Under the pieces are notes generated by a model. It was given only the letters and a program-made list of their open reading frames with translations. It had not been told where the DNA came from and made no database searches. The translations under genes were made by a program, and so were the position numbers. This document shows positions 47,747-48,000 of a DNA stretch of 48,000 bases, piece by piece. Within the stretch, counting starts at the first letter, position 1; each line of letters opens with the position of its first letter. Source of the DNA: Cyanobacteria bacterium J06648_16 (GTDB lineage: Bacteria > Cyanobacteriota > Cyanobacteriia > Phormidesmidales > Phormidesmidaceae); assembly GCA_039817185.1 (NCBI GenBank), contig JBCBWI010000008.1, positions 33,335-81,334 on the forward strand. Reading direction: 5' to 3'.

Positions 47747-48000
47747 ATGGCTCTCGCCTCTGAACGCACCTTCTATCACCTATTCAGGACCATCGCTAGG
47801 CCGTTCGTTCAACGCAGCGTTCAGATTCGCGTGACGGGACGGGACTATTTGCCGCCTGCAGGGGCGGCTATTCTCGTCAGCAACCACCGCTCGGATACGG
47901 ACCCGGCCATTTTGAGCAGCGCCATCCCCCGCTACATCGCCTGGATGGCAGCCGACTACATGACCCAACTGCCGGTGAGTCGCCTGCTGATGCAGCTGAC
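47747..48000 (+). CDS. 1-acyl-sn-glycerol-3-phosphate acyltransferase-like protein (3' end outside the window)
   Basis: My own translation from the ATG at 47747 gives MALASERTFYHLFRTIARPFVQRSVQIRVTGRDYLPPAGAAILVSNHRSDTDPAIL... This contains the acyltransferase H(x4)D motif NHRSDTD. Confidence 0.7.
   Translation, partial: MALASERTFYHLFRTIARPFVQRSVQIRVTGRDYLPPAGAAILVSNHRSDTDPAILSSAIPRYIAWMAADYMTQLPVSRLLMQL

Noticed and set aside
1-48000. Mobile-element or genomic-island origin for the NRPS cluster
   Set aside because: I found no transposase, integrase or recombinase ORFs and no long terminal repeats. The only tRNA (33188-33261) is 10 kb from the cluster, and HIP1 density inside the cluster matches the flanks.

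Overview
Cyanobacterial chromosome segment. This is inferred from the HIP1 octamer GCGATCGC, counted by eye about 26 times, from a cpcG phycobilisome linker gene, and from high GC content. The left half (401 to about 23,036, all on the minus strand) is one tightly packed orphan NRPS operon. In transcription order it encodes a HupE/UreJ-like membrane protein, ornithine cyclodeaminase, an acyl-CoA/ACP dehydrogenase, a stand-alone adenylating enzyme and an ACP. These are followed by NRPS1 (C-A-T-E), NRPS2a (C plus A motifs A1-A8), a methyltransferase, a GT1 glycosyltransferase, NRPS2b (A motifs A9-A10, T, E) and NRPS3 (C-T-TE). A GT-B glycosyltransferase and a sulfotransferase close the operon. 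Three features look unusual. (1) The NRPS1 A domain is interrupted between A8 and A9 by an in-frame module of about 345 aa with a zinc ribbon and a PP-loop (SGGKDS) ATP-pyrophosphatase. (2) The second A domain is split at the same structural position into two polypeptides, with stand-alone MT and GT genes in the gap. (3) The terminal module has no A domain, and its TE reads GHCFGG (Cys where Ser is expected) and lacks the usual C-terminal His. After a 0.9-kb AT-rich ORF-free spacer, the right half is ordinary housekeeping. It includes a TPR protein and a lipoprotein, a cupin, agmatinase, a fused AdoMet decarboxylase-spermidine synthase and a lipid kinase. It continues with an ECF sigma/anti-sigma pair, an FAD oxidoreductase, tRNA-His, cbiX, cobA, rluD, cpcG, mobA and dxs. 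It ends with lptF/G-lptB-lptA-like genes, a DUF309 protein, glmM and a truncated acyltransferase. I saw no transposase, integrase, CRISPR array or rRNA. All family calls rest on motifs read by eye and on memory of family signatures; no searches were run.
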